Below the pieces are notes generated by a model. It saw nothing but the letters and a program-made list of their open reading frames with translations, ran no database searches and was not told the origin of the DNA. Below, piece by piece: positions 46,298-55,879 of a stretch of DNA of 64,000 nt. The number at the start of each line of letters is the position of its first letter. Within the stretch, counting starts at the first letter, position 1. Source of the stretch: Williopsis jadinii (lineage: Eukaryota); contig AP024664.1 in NCBI GenBank assembly GCA_024346625.1, forward strand, positions 186,001 to 250,000, written 5' to 3'. The position numbers and the translations under genes were made by a program.

Positions 46298-47380
46298 ATG
46301 GAATCCAAGAACATATTGACCCCGTTCATCAAGTCGCTGTTCCTGTCGCCGCCAAACCTGAAGCCAAGCGACCTGGCGTTGGTCATTCGACTCATCGTGC
46401 AAGGCAAGGCCACCGACGTTCAGATCAGTGCCTTCTTGACTGCGTTGAGATTGACTGGGCTGGACCACCAGCCCGAGTTCATAGCTGCTGCTGCTGCGTC
46501 GATGCTTGAGTGGTCCAGTACCTTCACACCTGAAGATGTCAACGGCGAATTCGGCCTGGACATTGTTGGCACAGGTGGTGATGGCCAGAACACCTTCAAT
46601 GTCTCAACGTCGTCTGCCATTGTGTGTGCTGGACTGGGCCTCCACGTTTACAAGCACGGTGGTAAGGCTTCGACGTCTGCGTCTGGTGCTGGTGATCTGC
46701 TGGGCTCACTGCAGGTTGATCTTTCCAAGATCAACGCCAGCAATGCCTCGAAGGTTATGAGAGAATCGGACTTTACCTTCCTCTTTGCTCCAAACTTCCA
46801 TCCTGGTATGAAAGCAGTTGCTCCAATCAGATCCTCCATCGGCATTCCAACGATCTTTAACATCCTGGGCCCGCTGTTGAACCCTGCTCCGATCAGAGCT
46901 CGTATAATCGGCGTCAACTCTGAGTCTCTGGGGAAGGTGTTTGCCCAGGCTGTGGTTTCTCTGGACAAACAGAGATACGGAGTAGTTGGTAAGACGATGA
47001 TCGTCTGGGGCCGTGTGGGACTGGACGAGATCAGTCCAGTCTCACGCACCAAGTGCTGGCTGGTCGATCCAAGTGATGAGAGTATACAAGAGTTCTACCT
47101 AGAGCCAAAAGATTTTGGACTAGAGGAGTTCCCGTTGGCATCAGTCGCAAGTGGAACTCCAGACGAGAATGCCAATACCCTCCTAAAGATCCTTAGAAAC
47201 GAGGTTGATGAAACCGATCCCGTATACAACTACATCTTGTTGAACGCTGGTGCACTGCTACACGTTGCAGGCGTCGCCAGGGACTGGAAGGAAGGTGCCC
47301 AACTCGCTGCTGTTTCTATCCAATCTGGCAAAGCACTGGAGGCATTGAACAAGCTGAGAAACGTTGTCAGCGAGCTGTGA
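46298..47380 (+). CDS. TRP4: Anthranilate phosphoribosyltransferase
   Basis: LDIVGTGGDGQNTFNVSTS, KHGGKASTSASGAGD, TIFNILGPLLNP, GLDEISP. ATG 46298 preferred (ACAATGG); in-frame ATG at 46253 is possible. Confidence 0.95.
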   Translation: MESKNILTPFIKSLFLSPPNLKPSDLALVIRLIVQGKATDVQISAFLTALRLTGLDHQPEFIAAAAASMLEWSSTFTPEDVNGEFGLDIVGTGGDGQNTFNVSTSSAIVCAGLGLHVYKHGGKASTSASGAGDLLGSLQVDLSKINASNASKVMRESDFTFLFAPNFHPGMKAVAPIRSSIGIPTIFNILGPLLNPAPIRARIIGVNSESLGKVFAQAVVSLDKQRYGVVGKTMIVWGRVGLDEISPVSRTKCWLVDPSDESIQEFYLEPKDFGLEEFPLASVASGTPDENANTLLKILRNEVDETDPVYNYILLNAGALLHVAGVARDWKEGAQLAAVSIQSGKALEALNKLRNVVSEL

Positions 47381-47773
47381 AAGATGCTCTATATTAAGTG
47401 TATACGATACCATATTGAGATACCAAAATGGAGATAATTCGCATTATAATATTATACATTACTCTCAAGACTAAGGTATTTTCCGTATACAGTAGCGATG
47501 AGCTCAGACCATTTGAGATATCATCAAACTTCTAAGAATACAAAGGGGTCAACTTCACTAGTTCAAGGCGTACACTCCCTCTAAAGTGTGAGTGTTTTCT
47601 TCTTCTTTTTAATTGCCTGGTTTGCTGTATTGTTAATACCTTCAGTGAAACATAATTATGACAAGACAAACATTGTGAGGAAACTGGAGTTGAGGATTTC
47701 AATGGTGATGCAATTCTATACTTCTTCTTTTGGCTCTTTGCTGTGTTAGGGAGACACTCCCACGGTGTGCTAT

Positions 47774-48832
47774 TCACATGTTGATGTCTAAGACAATGCC
47801 AACATCCTCAACGTTATCCTTTGACAAATCTTCCAAGAAGGGAATTATATCCAACAACTCATTATCATGAGCATCTGAGAACCAGCTCGAAATGGGGATC
47901 GCATGTTGTGGGTGGAAGATATAAGAAGCCGGGGAGTTGTCCAAGATGATGGTGTCCTTCAAGGGACGGCCAATCTGTGAGAGGTTCTTGATGTAGTTCC
48001 CCTGGTAGTTGTAGCACGAGTCTCTGAATAATCTGTGGTGTACTGACTGGTGCACGTCCAATGCATCCAACAACGGGTCGCCGTACCGTGACACAGATGC
48101 CGTGAACACCACAACCTCGTACAACTCACCAACTCTTTTCATGAACTCGTCAACCCCAGGCCTCTTGATCACATACACGTTGTGGATCTGGTTATCGATG
48201 TCCACCGGGATGACAAAGTCCGCCTGTCTCATGTACTTGAACGACGAATGCACCAACGTCTCGTCCAAGTCGAGGATCAAACACTTACGGCCTTTTAGCG
48301 CATCGGGCTGGCTATCTAATAGCCAGCCGTTTGGCGCGTGGGTTTGGCCAGGCTGGAGCTTTGTCAGGTCAAAGAAGTCATCTTGCGCGTACTCCATATC
48401 AACATCGCCGTCGTACTCCTCTCCTTCCGAGTTTGACGTTGTGCACACCTGTGAGGAGTCAGGATCCACCTCGTTGGTCTGTGTGCGTATTTCTGTTCCG
48501 CTGCCAGCTGTCTCATCTTGAAGCTGCTGCTGTACACTCATCTTTGGATTACTCGCCTCGGTCTCAACAGTGGAGTCTGTGCCCTCGTACACGGTGACCT
48601 CGTTCCTCGTGGAACTTCTGTCCTTCTTCTCCTGGTCTATCAGAGGCGTTCTGGCGTTGGCTGGACTGCTCTTTGGCTTCAGCGTAGGCGACGGATGCTC
48701 ACCTGGCGGCTTGGTCACTGAACCACGGTCTGCTTCAGCGTGGCCAGTCTCGCGTCGACTTTGCTGGTTACGGCTCTTAGTTGTGGTTCCCTTGTCCTCC
48801 TCTTCAGATCCTCCACAGCAAAATATCGACAT
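47774..48832 (-). CDS. PSR1: Plasma-membrane HAD-family (FCP/SCP) phosphatase Psr1/Psr2
   Basis: [37 protein letters not shown]-terminal MSIFCC di-Cys. ATG at 48832. Confidence 0.9.
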   Translation of the reverse strand: MSIFCCGGSEEEDKGTTTKSRNQQSRRETGHAEADRGSVTKPPGEHPSPTLKPKSSPANARTPLIDQEKKDRSSTRNEVTVYEGTDSTVETEASNPKMSVQQQLQDETAGSGTEIRTQTNEVDPDSSQVCTTSNSEGEEYDGDVDMEYAQDDFFDLTKLQPGQTHAPNGWLLDSQPDALKGRKCLILDLDETLVHSSFKYMRQADFVIPVDIDNQIHNVYVIKRPGVDEFMKRVGELYEVVVFTASVSRYGDPLLDALDVHQSVHHRLFRDSCYNYQGNYIKNLSQIGRPLKDTIILDNSPASYIFHPQHAIPISSWFSDAHDNELLDIIPFLEDLSKDNVEDVGIVLDINM

Positions 48833-49682
48833 TCTCCGCGTGAAGTGGTGTGCTTGCTCCGTTGCTGGGCCTCGCTGCGCTTGTGTGTGTGTGCTCTTTG
48901 TGCTCTCTGTGCAGACCTGGGGATTAATCAACAGGCCCTCTTGCGCTCTCTGCAACCACCTTCAGCACACCCGTTTGTTTCTCTCTTGCGCCGGCTATCT
49001 CCACTGACGGCTTGCGTGCTGTGTTCCCGTGCTGTGTTCCCGTCCTTCTGGCTCGTGCTTCGCTCTCGCCCACCGTCTCGTTTTCGTTTTTCCTCGTCTT
49101 ACACAGCTTCCCGGTGAGCTTTTTCTCTTCAGTCCGTGTAGAACGACAATTCTCTCCTCCTCTGGGCCGTGTGTGTATGTATCAGTTTCGCAGAAACTAT
49201 GGACAAAAATCACAAGCTGTAAAACCACAAAGCAAAGGGTCACTTTGACCGTTGAGATGTGTTTGTTGATGTTTTTCTTCCTCTCCAGAAACCAAAACGG
49301 GAGGAAACTGGGAAGAAAAGAGAGAAAACCCACAGCGAGAAAATTTCAGCGCCAAAAAAGGAAAGGCAAAAGCGAAAAAAAAACACAAAAAAGCGAAAAT
49401 GGGCAACCAGGGAATTTGCATCGGGAGGAGGAAACGGGACAAAAAGCAGACACGCGCGAGTGTAACTGGTATAATTGGTATATAATCTGTGTATAACTGG
49501 GATATATAATTGTTGTGTAACTGATATATTAGAATGATACTAATAGAAATTAGAAGGATATAATAATCCTTATGGCATATACGGAGAACGGGTTCTTCTG
49601 GGTGGCCTACGTCGGGATCGCTTGTTCAGATTCCATGCCGAATATCCTTGTACGCAGTGGATGTACTGATAAGGATTACGGC

Positions 49683-49752
49683 CTAGTCTGCGAATGGTCT
49701 AGTCTGTGCATGGTCTAGTCTGTTTATAGTCTAGTCTGTTTATAGTCTAGTC
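49683..49752 (+). repeat. Minisatellite, ~4.4 x 16 bp (CTAGTCTG-nnn-ATRGT)
   Basis: Units start at 49683, 49699, 49715, 49731, partial unit at 49747. Confidence 0.85.
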
Positions 49753-50147
49753 AGAATACAGTATCATCAAACACACTCTACAGCCTACCTTATGCGATAA
49801 TCATAACAACAATTATAGCACAAGTTCAGGGTAAATTCTGTATGTTTGTGCTTTCTGGAGCTGTCATTCCCGGTCCATTTGCGCAAAAGTGGCAACCCGA
49901 CAAGGAGACATGAGTCACCGCTTATGTAAAACATCCTCCCACGCTTAGATAAGCATGCTGCTTATGTAACCACGTACAAGTTGCTTATGTAACACTCTCC
50001 GCCCGCTCATAGGCATCACCAGCAACATGAAATTAGCCTCACTCACACTCATTTCTGCTTTTCGAAAAGTTGCTGATAGAAACATCATCAGTGATTGTTT
50101 GATCTGGCTCTCAATCACCTTTTCTCTCCAACGTAACATATAAGCCG

Positions 50148-50780
50148 ATGTCACAAGAGGAGATCAACATCGAATGGGAACACCCAGATATCTCAAAGAT
50201 CGAGCACCGCGTGGTGAACAAAGAGCTCGAGTTGAAACGTGTGCTCATCAACTTGATCCTCTTGCTAGTCACAAAGCTCGTGTTGAACGTGGCCAAGCTG
50301 GTGCTGTTCAAATTGGACTACACGGTAGATTATTCAACGTTGAACAAGTTACGAATCGCATTACAACTACTATTTGCATGGAACATCGTCTCGGGGTTAT
50401 ACAGAGTGTTCAAGCCACAGGATGATTTCAAAGACCTGAAGCTGAACAATCAACAGAGAGAACTCTTGGGGTTAAAGGAGATTCCAATCACCGAGCCTGA
50501 TCAGGTTGCTAAACCTGCTCAAGTCATAAACACCACGCCGTTGAACTCTCCAAAGACCAAGAAACAACAGGGCACCCCAATTGCATCGCCAATGTCTTCT
50601 CAACCTTTACCACAACTTTTGTCTCCACACAAGGCTTCTCCCCTAAGACACGAGCAAGCCACTGATCTCAACAAAGCAAAGGATCCGATCACAAGTCTGA
50701 AGATAACACCAACGTATATACCTTCACCTAAGTACTACTACAGAATGGATTCCCCAACCAAGTCAAGAAGAAGGGTTTGA
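50148..50780 (+). CDS. POM34: Probable transmembrane nucleoporin Pom34
   Basis: WEHP motif, two hydrophobic segments, DLKLNNQQRELLGL, S/P-rich tail with PSPKYYY. Lies between PSR and MEU1 as in S. cerevisiae YLR017W-018C-019W. Confidence 0.68.
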   Translation: MSQEEINIEWEHPDISKIEHRVVNKELELKRVLINLILLLVTKLVLNVAKLVLFKLDYTVDYSTLNKLRIALQLLFAWNIVSGLYRVFKPQDDFKDLKLNNQQRELLGLKEIPITEPDQVAKPAQVINTTPLNSPKTKKQQGTPIASPMSSQPLPQLLSPHKASPLRHEQATDLNKAKDPITSLKITPTYIPSPKYYYRMDSPTKSRRRV

Positions 50781-50877
50781 TCTATGAGAACACCCCCCTG
50801 GTCTTCACCTTCTTACATCTGAAAACAAGACAAAAGAAACTAATTTAGCATTTCAATCAGCTACGTAGTGTATAGAT

Positions 50878-51846
50878 CTATTCGACTTCCCAGTAGCCAG
50901 GGAAAAGGAAGTGCATCTTCTCCAGCAACTCCCTCTTCACACCGTGTGGACTTGTACTCACAGCCATCTTCATGCTTCCGGCCAAATCGTTACCAATGTT
51001 TCCATTGACAATCTCATGCTCCAACTTGTTGATCACCTCAATGGCCAGCTTGTTTGCATTTGCAGAGTTGGCCTTCAGGTTGCCGACAACGGTTTCAACG
51101 GTCACCGGCTCGGCCTCCTCTCTCCAGGCATCGTAGTCAGTAGACATACAAATCATCTGGTAGGAGATTTCAGCTTCACGAGCCAGCTTGGCCTCTGGAA
51201 TGACCGACATGTTGATGATTGAACCTCCCCAAGATTGGTACAATCTTGATTCTGCCCTGGTGGAGAACGCTGGGCCTTCCATACACACAACAGTAAGGTC
51301 CTTGCCGTCCAGCTGCTTGGAGTGTAGCTTGACATCATCACCCTCCAACACATGGCCAAACTCAGAGATCAATGCGCTCAACTTCGGGTCAAAGGGCTCG
51401 CCGAAACCAGCGTGTGCAACGAATCCTCTCTCAAAGAACGTCGAGTTTCTAATACCCTTGGTTCTGTCGATGATCTGGTTTGGCACGACAAAGTCACGCG
51501 GAGGAATGTCCTGTTGCAATGAGCCCACGGCACTGAACGCAATGATCACCTTCACGCCAATGGACTTCAACGCAGCAATGTTGGCAGTGGAGGGCACGTT
51601 TGTAGGGAGCAAGTCGTGGTGGATGCCGTGGCGTGCCAAAAACGCAACGTTGAACCCCGTAGAGGTCTTGGAGATGGTGATTGACGACGAGGGAGCTCCC
51701 CATGGCGTCGAGATCGTGAGCCTAGCGACCGGAGTCAGCGATGCCAGGTGGTAGAGCCCGGTGCCTCCAATGATGCCCAAATGGACCGGCTCGCTGAACG
51801 TAGTGGCCAGCTTAGCCGTCTCGACTGCTTCACGGTGAACGGACAT
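50878..51846 (-). CDS. MEU1: S-methyl-5'-thioadenosine phosphorylase
   Basis: LGIIGGTGLY, FLARHG, FSAVGSL, CMEGPAFSTRAES, MSTDYDAWR. First ATG at 51846. Confidence 0.95.
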   Translation of the reverse strand: MSVHREAVETAKLATTFSEPVHLGIIGGTGLYHLASLTPVARLTISTPWGAPSSSITISKTSTGFNVAFLARHGIHHDLLPTNVPSTANIAALKSIGVKVIIAFSAVGSLQQDIPPRDFVVPNQIIDRTKGIRNSTFFERGFVAHAGFGEPFDPKLSALISEFGHVLEGDDVKLHSKQLDGKDLTVVCMEGPAFSTRAESRLYQSWGGSIINMSVIPEAKLAREAEISYQMICMSTDYDAWREEAEPVTVETVVGNLKANSANANKLAIEVINKLEHEIVNGNIGNDLAGSMKMAVSTSPHGVKRELLEKMHFLFPGYWEVE

Positions 51847-52183
51847 GCTGACGAGGTGTTTGAACTGCTTCTTAACGGACACTCTGACCAGCCAATCAAT
51901 CTTTTCCACGCTGAATGATGGTGATTCCAGCCAAAGTCAGAGACATCAACGTGGGAATAATTCAAATTTTATACTCAGCATGCATACAACGGCCAAACCC
52001 TAAACGGGGCGCTGGGCGATTTCGGTGCGGGGCGCATTCCCGTCACTACGGAAACAAACTGTGGCGTTCGAACACAACTTTTTATACAGCGGGAGCAGCG
52101 TGATTATATAAGCAAGAGATATTTACAGGGTGGTGGTGGTGGTGGTGGTGATCGGCAAGTTTCCACTGGTTCTGGAGAGGGTG

Positions 52184-52357
52184 TTAGATGTCGAAGCCGA
52201 AGCCCTTCATACAGGTCTTGTACTGACCAATGAGGTCGTCGCATTTGCCCGAGTCTTGTCCGTTGATGAGGAGACACTGGTCTCTGGCCTCTTTCTCCGG
52301 CTTACAAACGCAGCATGGCTTTGGTTTGGATTGTTGCGGTGTGGTCTGTTCTGGCAT
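52184..52357 (-). CDS. COX17: Mitochondrial copper chaperone Cox17 (57 aa, below the ORF-track cutoff)
   Basis: Manual translation MPEQTTPQQSKPKPCCVCKPEKEARDQCLLINGQDSGKCDDLIGQYKTCMKGFGFDI: KPCCVC plus twin CX9C. Confidence 0.96.
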   Translation of the reverse strand: MPEQTTPQQSKPKPCCVCKPEKEARDQCLLINGQDSGKCDDLIGQYKTCMKGFGFDI

Positions 52358-52965
52358 TGGCGGCGTGTTGCTGTGTGGTGTGTAGATGTGGTGTGTGGAC
52401 GTGGTGTGTTCCCTTTGGGGTGTGGTTGTTGTGTTGTTGTCTCTGGTGAGTTGGGGGAGTTGGAGAGTGTAGGAGTGAATAGGAGGAAGTGTTGATTAGT
52501 AAAAGGGCTTTGAAACTTTTCGGAAGGATACGGTGTGGTGGTGTCTGGGTGTTTCTACTGCGCGTGCATCCACAGTCACGTGCGATTAGCATACATATCA
52601 CGTGACCCAGTTTTGCGATCCCGCTTATAGTGCCATTAATATTCAATAAATCTTCAATTGGCGTAGTTTCCCTTCACTATTCATCGTATTTCAACTGTAG
52701 TTTCATAGAGTGACGCTCCATTGGCTCTTTCGCCCTGGATTTGTATGCTCATTTCTCCACCAAGCACACTCATCCACGCTTTAACGCGGACGACGCACTA
52801 ATGTGCAATACCCACAGCGATCTCGCCGGTTAAAGACCCGATTTTTGTTGCGAGCAATGATGTCTATCGCTGTGTGGGAAAAGTACTTAAGAGGAGCCAC
52901 AAGTCTTCCTTTTCAGTCGTCCTTTGTTGTTGCTCTACGCTCAATTACAGCTCAATTACAGCTCA

Positions 52966-53925
52966 ATGTCCTCTACAATCACTCTTAACAACGGTCTCAA
53001 GGCTCCACTGGTTGGCCTGGGCCTCTGGAAGATTCCAAACGCAGTCGCAGCTTCACAGGTGTACAATGCGATCAAGCTGGGTTACAGGCTGTTCGACGGT
53101 GCAGCTGATTACGGCAACGAGGTTGAAGTTGGCCAGGGTATTAAACAAGCCTTGGATGAAGGCTTGGTCAAGCGTGATGAGCTGTTCATCGTTTCCAAGC
53201 TGTGGAACACGTTCCACCATCCAAACAACGTCAAGTTGGCTCTGGACAAGACTTTGAAGGACTTGCAATTGGAGTACTTGGACCTGTACTACATCCATTT
53301 CCCAATCGCACAGGCCTTTGTCCCATTTGAGAAGTCCTATCCACCAGGCTTTGGAATCACCGAGGAGTTCGAATTTGAGGATGTTCCAATCATTGAGACT
53401 TATCGTGCATTGGAGGAAGCTCACGCCGCAGGTAAGATCAAGGCCATTGGTGTTTCCAATTTCAACGGTGCTTTGCTTCAAGATTTGCTCAGAGGTGCAA
53501 AGGTGAAGCCTTCAGCATTGCAGATTGAGCACCACCCATACCTCGTGCAGCCAAGACTGGTTGAATACGCTCAGAGATCCGGATTGTGGGTCGTTGCGTA
53601 TTCCTCGTTTGGACCTCAATCCTTTGTCGAATTGGACCATCCAAAGGTTAAGGATTTGCAGCCTTTGTTCGAGCACGAAGTCATCAACGCAATTGCCAAA
53701 GCCCACGGTAAGCAGCCTTCACAGGTGCTGCTCAGATGGGCCACACAGAGAGGCTTAGGTGTGATTCCAAAGTCTTCAAACAAGGACAGACTGCTGGATA
53801 ACTTAACCGTTGAGGACTTTGACTTGACACAGGAGGAATTGGACAAAATCTCCGCATTGGACCAAGGTTTGAGATTCAACGATCCATGGGACTGGAAGAA
53901 TGCCGGTATTCCAACATTCGTTTAG
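52966..53925 (+). CDS. GRE3: Aldose/xylose reductase (aldo-keto reductase, XYL1/GRE3 type)
   Basis: [61 protein letters not shown] at 52966. Confidence 0.92.
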   Translation: MSSTITLNNGLKAPLVGLGLWKIPNAVAASQVYNAIKLGYRLFDGAADYGNEVEVGQGIKQALDEGLVKRDELFIVSKLWNTFHHPNNVKLALDKTLKDLQLEYLDLYYIHFPIAQAFVPFEKSYPPGFGITEEFEFEDVPIIETYRALEEAHAAGKIKAIGVSNFNGALLQDLLRGAKVKPSALQIEHHPYLVQPRLVEYAQRSGLWVVAYSSFGPQSFVELDHPKVKDLQPLFEHEVINAIAKAHGKQPSQVLLRWATQRGLGVIPKSSNKDRLLDNLTVEDFDLTQEELDKISALDQGLRFNDPWDWKNAGIPTFV

Positions 53926-54027
53926 TATATTTCATAGGTAATAAGCCATAATTAAACTGGTATATACTCTCTGTATCCGTGTAAGCATGAGTCACGTGAC
54001 TTGTCGGTCGGATTTCGATGAATTCCG

Positions 54028-54057
54028 GCTCATCGCACTGAACCTTAAAAAAAATTT
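54028..54057. promoter_or_regulatory. PAC and RRPE ribosome-biogenesis elements upstream of SOF1
   Basis: GCTCATCGC (reverse complement of PAC GCGATGAGC) at 54028; AAAAATTT RRPE-like at 54050-54057. Confidence 0.7.
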
Positions 54058-54147
54058 CGAGCTCACAGTTTTCCATTCAACGGGACAGCTTTCTTCTTTT
54101 AAACTGCTTTGTTATCAGCGGTTCAGAAGCTCTCGATATACAACAAT

Positions 54148-55560
54148 ATGAAGATCAAGACCATCAGTCGTTCAGCAGACAACTATGTTCCTGTGAGATC
54201 CACGCAGGAGTCACAGATGCCACGTAACCTGAACCCAGAGCTCCATCCTTTTGAGAGGGCTCGTGAATATACAAAGGCACTCAACGCTACAAAGATGGAA
54301 CGTATGTTTGCAAAGCCTTTCCTGGGACAGTTAGGTAATGGACACAGAGATGGTGTGTATACGATTTCTAAGAACTTCAAAGTGTTGAACAAGATTGCGA
54401 CCGGATCTGCAGACGGTGTGATCAAGTATTGGGACTTGAGTTTACAACAAGAAATTGCTGGGTTCAAAGCCCATTACGGCCAAGTCACAGGAACTGCTGT
54501 TACGCCAAAGGGTTTGCTGCTGAGTTGTGGTGATGATAAGACCATAAAGCTGTGGAGTGTGAATTCAGAAGACTACCAAGGAGCCGGTGAAGAGGAAGTT
54601 ACCAAGCAAGGTCTGCTCAAGACCTTTTACGGAGAACATAGCTTCAAAGGGTTGGATCATCACAGGGATGATTCCACATTTGTCACTGGAGGTGCTGTGA
54701 TTGAACTCTGGGACTCCCAGAGATCAAGGCCTGTCTCCAACCTATCGTGGGGTTGTGATAACATCAACTCCGTGGTGTTCAACAAGACCGAGACCAGTAT
54801 ATTGGCATCTTCCGGAAGTGACAACAGTGTTGTTTTATACGACATTAGAACCAACTCTCCAACTCAGAAGCTCATTCAAACACTACGCACCAATTCGATT
54901 GTATGGAATCCTATTGAAGCCTTCAACTTTGTCACTGCAAATGAAGACCACAACTTGTACTACTACGATATGAGATACATGAAGAGAGCAATGAACGTCT
55001 ACAAGGGGCACGTTGCAGCTGTGTTGGACGTTGACTTCTCACCAACAGGACAGGAGATTGTTAGTGGATCTTACGATAAGACGATAAGAATATTCAAGAC
55101 GAGAGAGGGTCATTCTAGAGACATCTACCACACAAAGAGAATGCAGCACGTGTTCCAAGTGAAATTCTCCATGGATTCCAAGTACATCTTGAGTGGTTCA
55201 GACGATGGTAACATTCGTATGTGGCGTGCCAATGCTTCTGAACGTGCCAATGTGAAGTCGTCCAAGGAAAGAGCCAAGTTGGAGTACGACGAGGCACTGA
55301 AGGAGAGATTCAAATACATGCCAGAGATCAAGAGAATATCGAGACACAGACATCTACCAGTCGTTGTCAAAAAGGCTACAGATATCAAGAGTGTTGAGTT
55401 ACAGAGCTTAAAGAGAAGAGAAGAGAACGAGAGAAGACATAGCAAGCCTGGTAGCAAACCGTACAAGAGTGAAAGGGAAAAGCAAATCTCCGGCCTTGTG
55501 TTTAACGAGGATGAAACAGGGGCACACAAGACCAACTCCAGAAAGCGTAAGGGCAAATAA
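54148..55560 (+). CDS. SOF1: U3 snoRNP/SSU processome WD40 protein
   Basis: MKIKTISRS, RNLNPELHPFERAREYTKALNATK, WD repeats, HSRDIYHTKRMQHV. ATG at 54148. Confidence 0.96.
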   Translation: MKIKTISRSADNYVPVRSTQESQMPRNLNPELHPFERAREYTKALNATKMERMFAKPFLGQLGNGHRDGVYTISKNFKVLNKIATGSADGVIKYWDLSLQQEIAGFKAHYGQVTGTAVTPKGLLLSCGDDKTIKLWSVNSEDYQGAGEEEVTKQGLLKTFYGEHSFKGLDHHRDDSTFVTGGAVIELWDSQRSRPVSNLSWGCDNINSVVFNKTETSILASSGSDNSVVLYDIRTNSPTQKLIQTLRTNSIVWNPIEAFNFVTANEDHNLYYYDMRYMKRAMNVYKGHVAAVLDVDFSPTGQEIVSGSYDKTIRIFKTREGHSRDIYHTKRMQHVFQVKFSMDSKYILSGSDDGNIRMWRANASERANVKSSKERAKLEYDEALKERFKYMPEIKRISRHRHLPVVVKKATDIKSVELQSLKRREENERRHSKPGSKPYKSEREKQISGLVFNEDETGAHKTNSRKRKGK

Positions 55561-55655
55561 TACTCGTATTTAATGAATTATAAAGGTACAAATCAGTTAT
55601 AAAATGATACACCCATAGGTAAAGTGCAAGATGCGCAGCAAGGTTACCCTACCTC

Positions 55656-55724
55656 ACACCTGGACACCACATTAGGTGGAGCTACACCCGGACACCACGT
55701 TGCATAAGCACACGCCCGGACACC
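55656..55724 (+). promoter_or_regulatory. Three Rap1-like 13-mers (ACRCCYGGACACC) at 28-bp period, DNM1 promoter
   Basis: ACACCTGGACACC at 55656, ACACCCGGACACC at 55684, ACGCCCGGACACC at 55712. Confidence 0.6.
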
Positions 55725-55879
55725 AAATCAGCGTGCCTTTGTTTTCGTTTTTGCGGCGGGGCGGGCGAACACAAAAAAACAAAGAAAACAAAAACAAACC
55801 GGAAAAGATCAACAAACAAAACAGCAAACAAGTGTCCTCCTGAGGCGGCAACCAAACAAACACTTCCAAACAGATTACA

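Noticed and set aside
52540..52552. Telomere-like GGTGTCTGGGTGT as a telomerase RNA template
   Set aside because: Lies in a short COX17/GRE3 promoter with no room for a long RNA; better explained as a Rap1-like site.
52939..52968. 11-bp tandem GCTCAATTACA repeat abutting the GRE3 ATG
   Set aside because: Only ~2.6 copies; simple slippage with no evident function.
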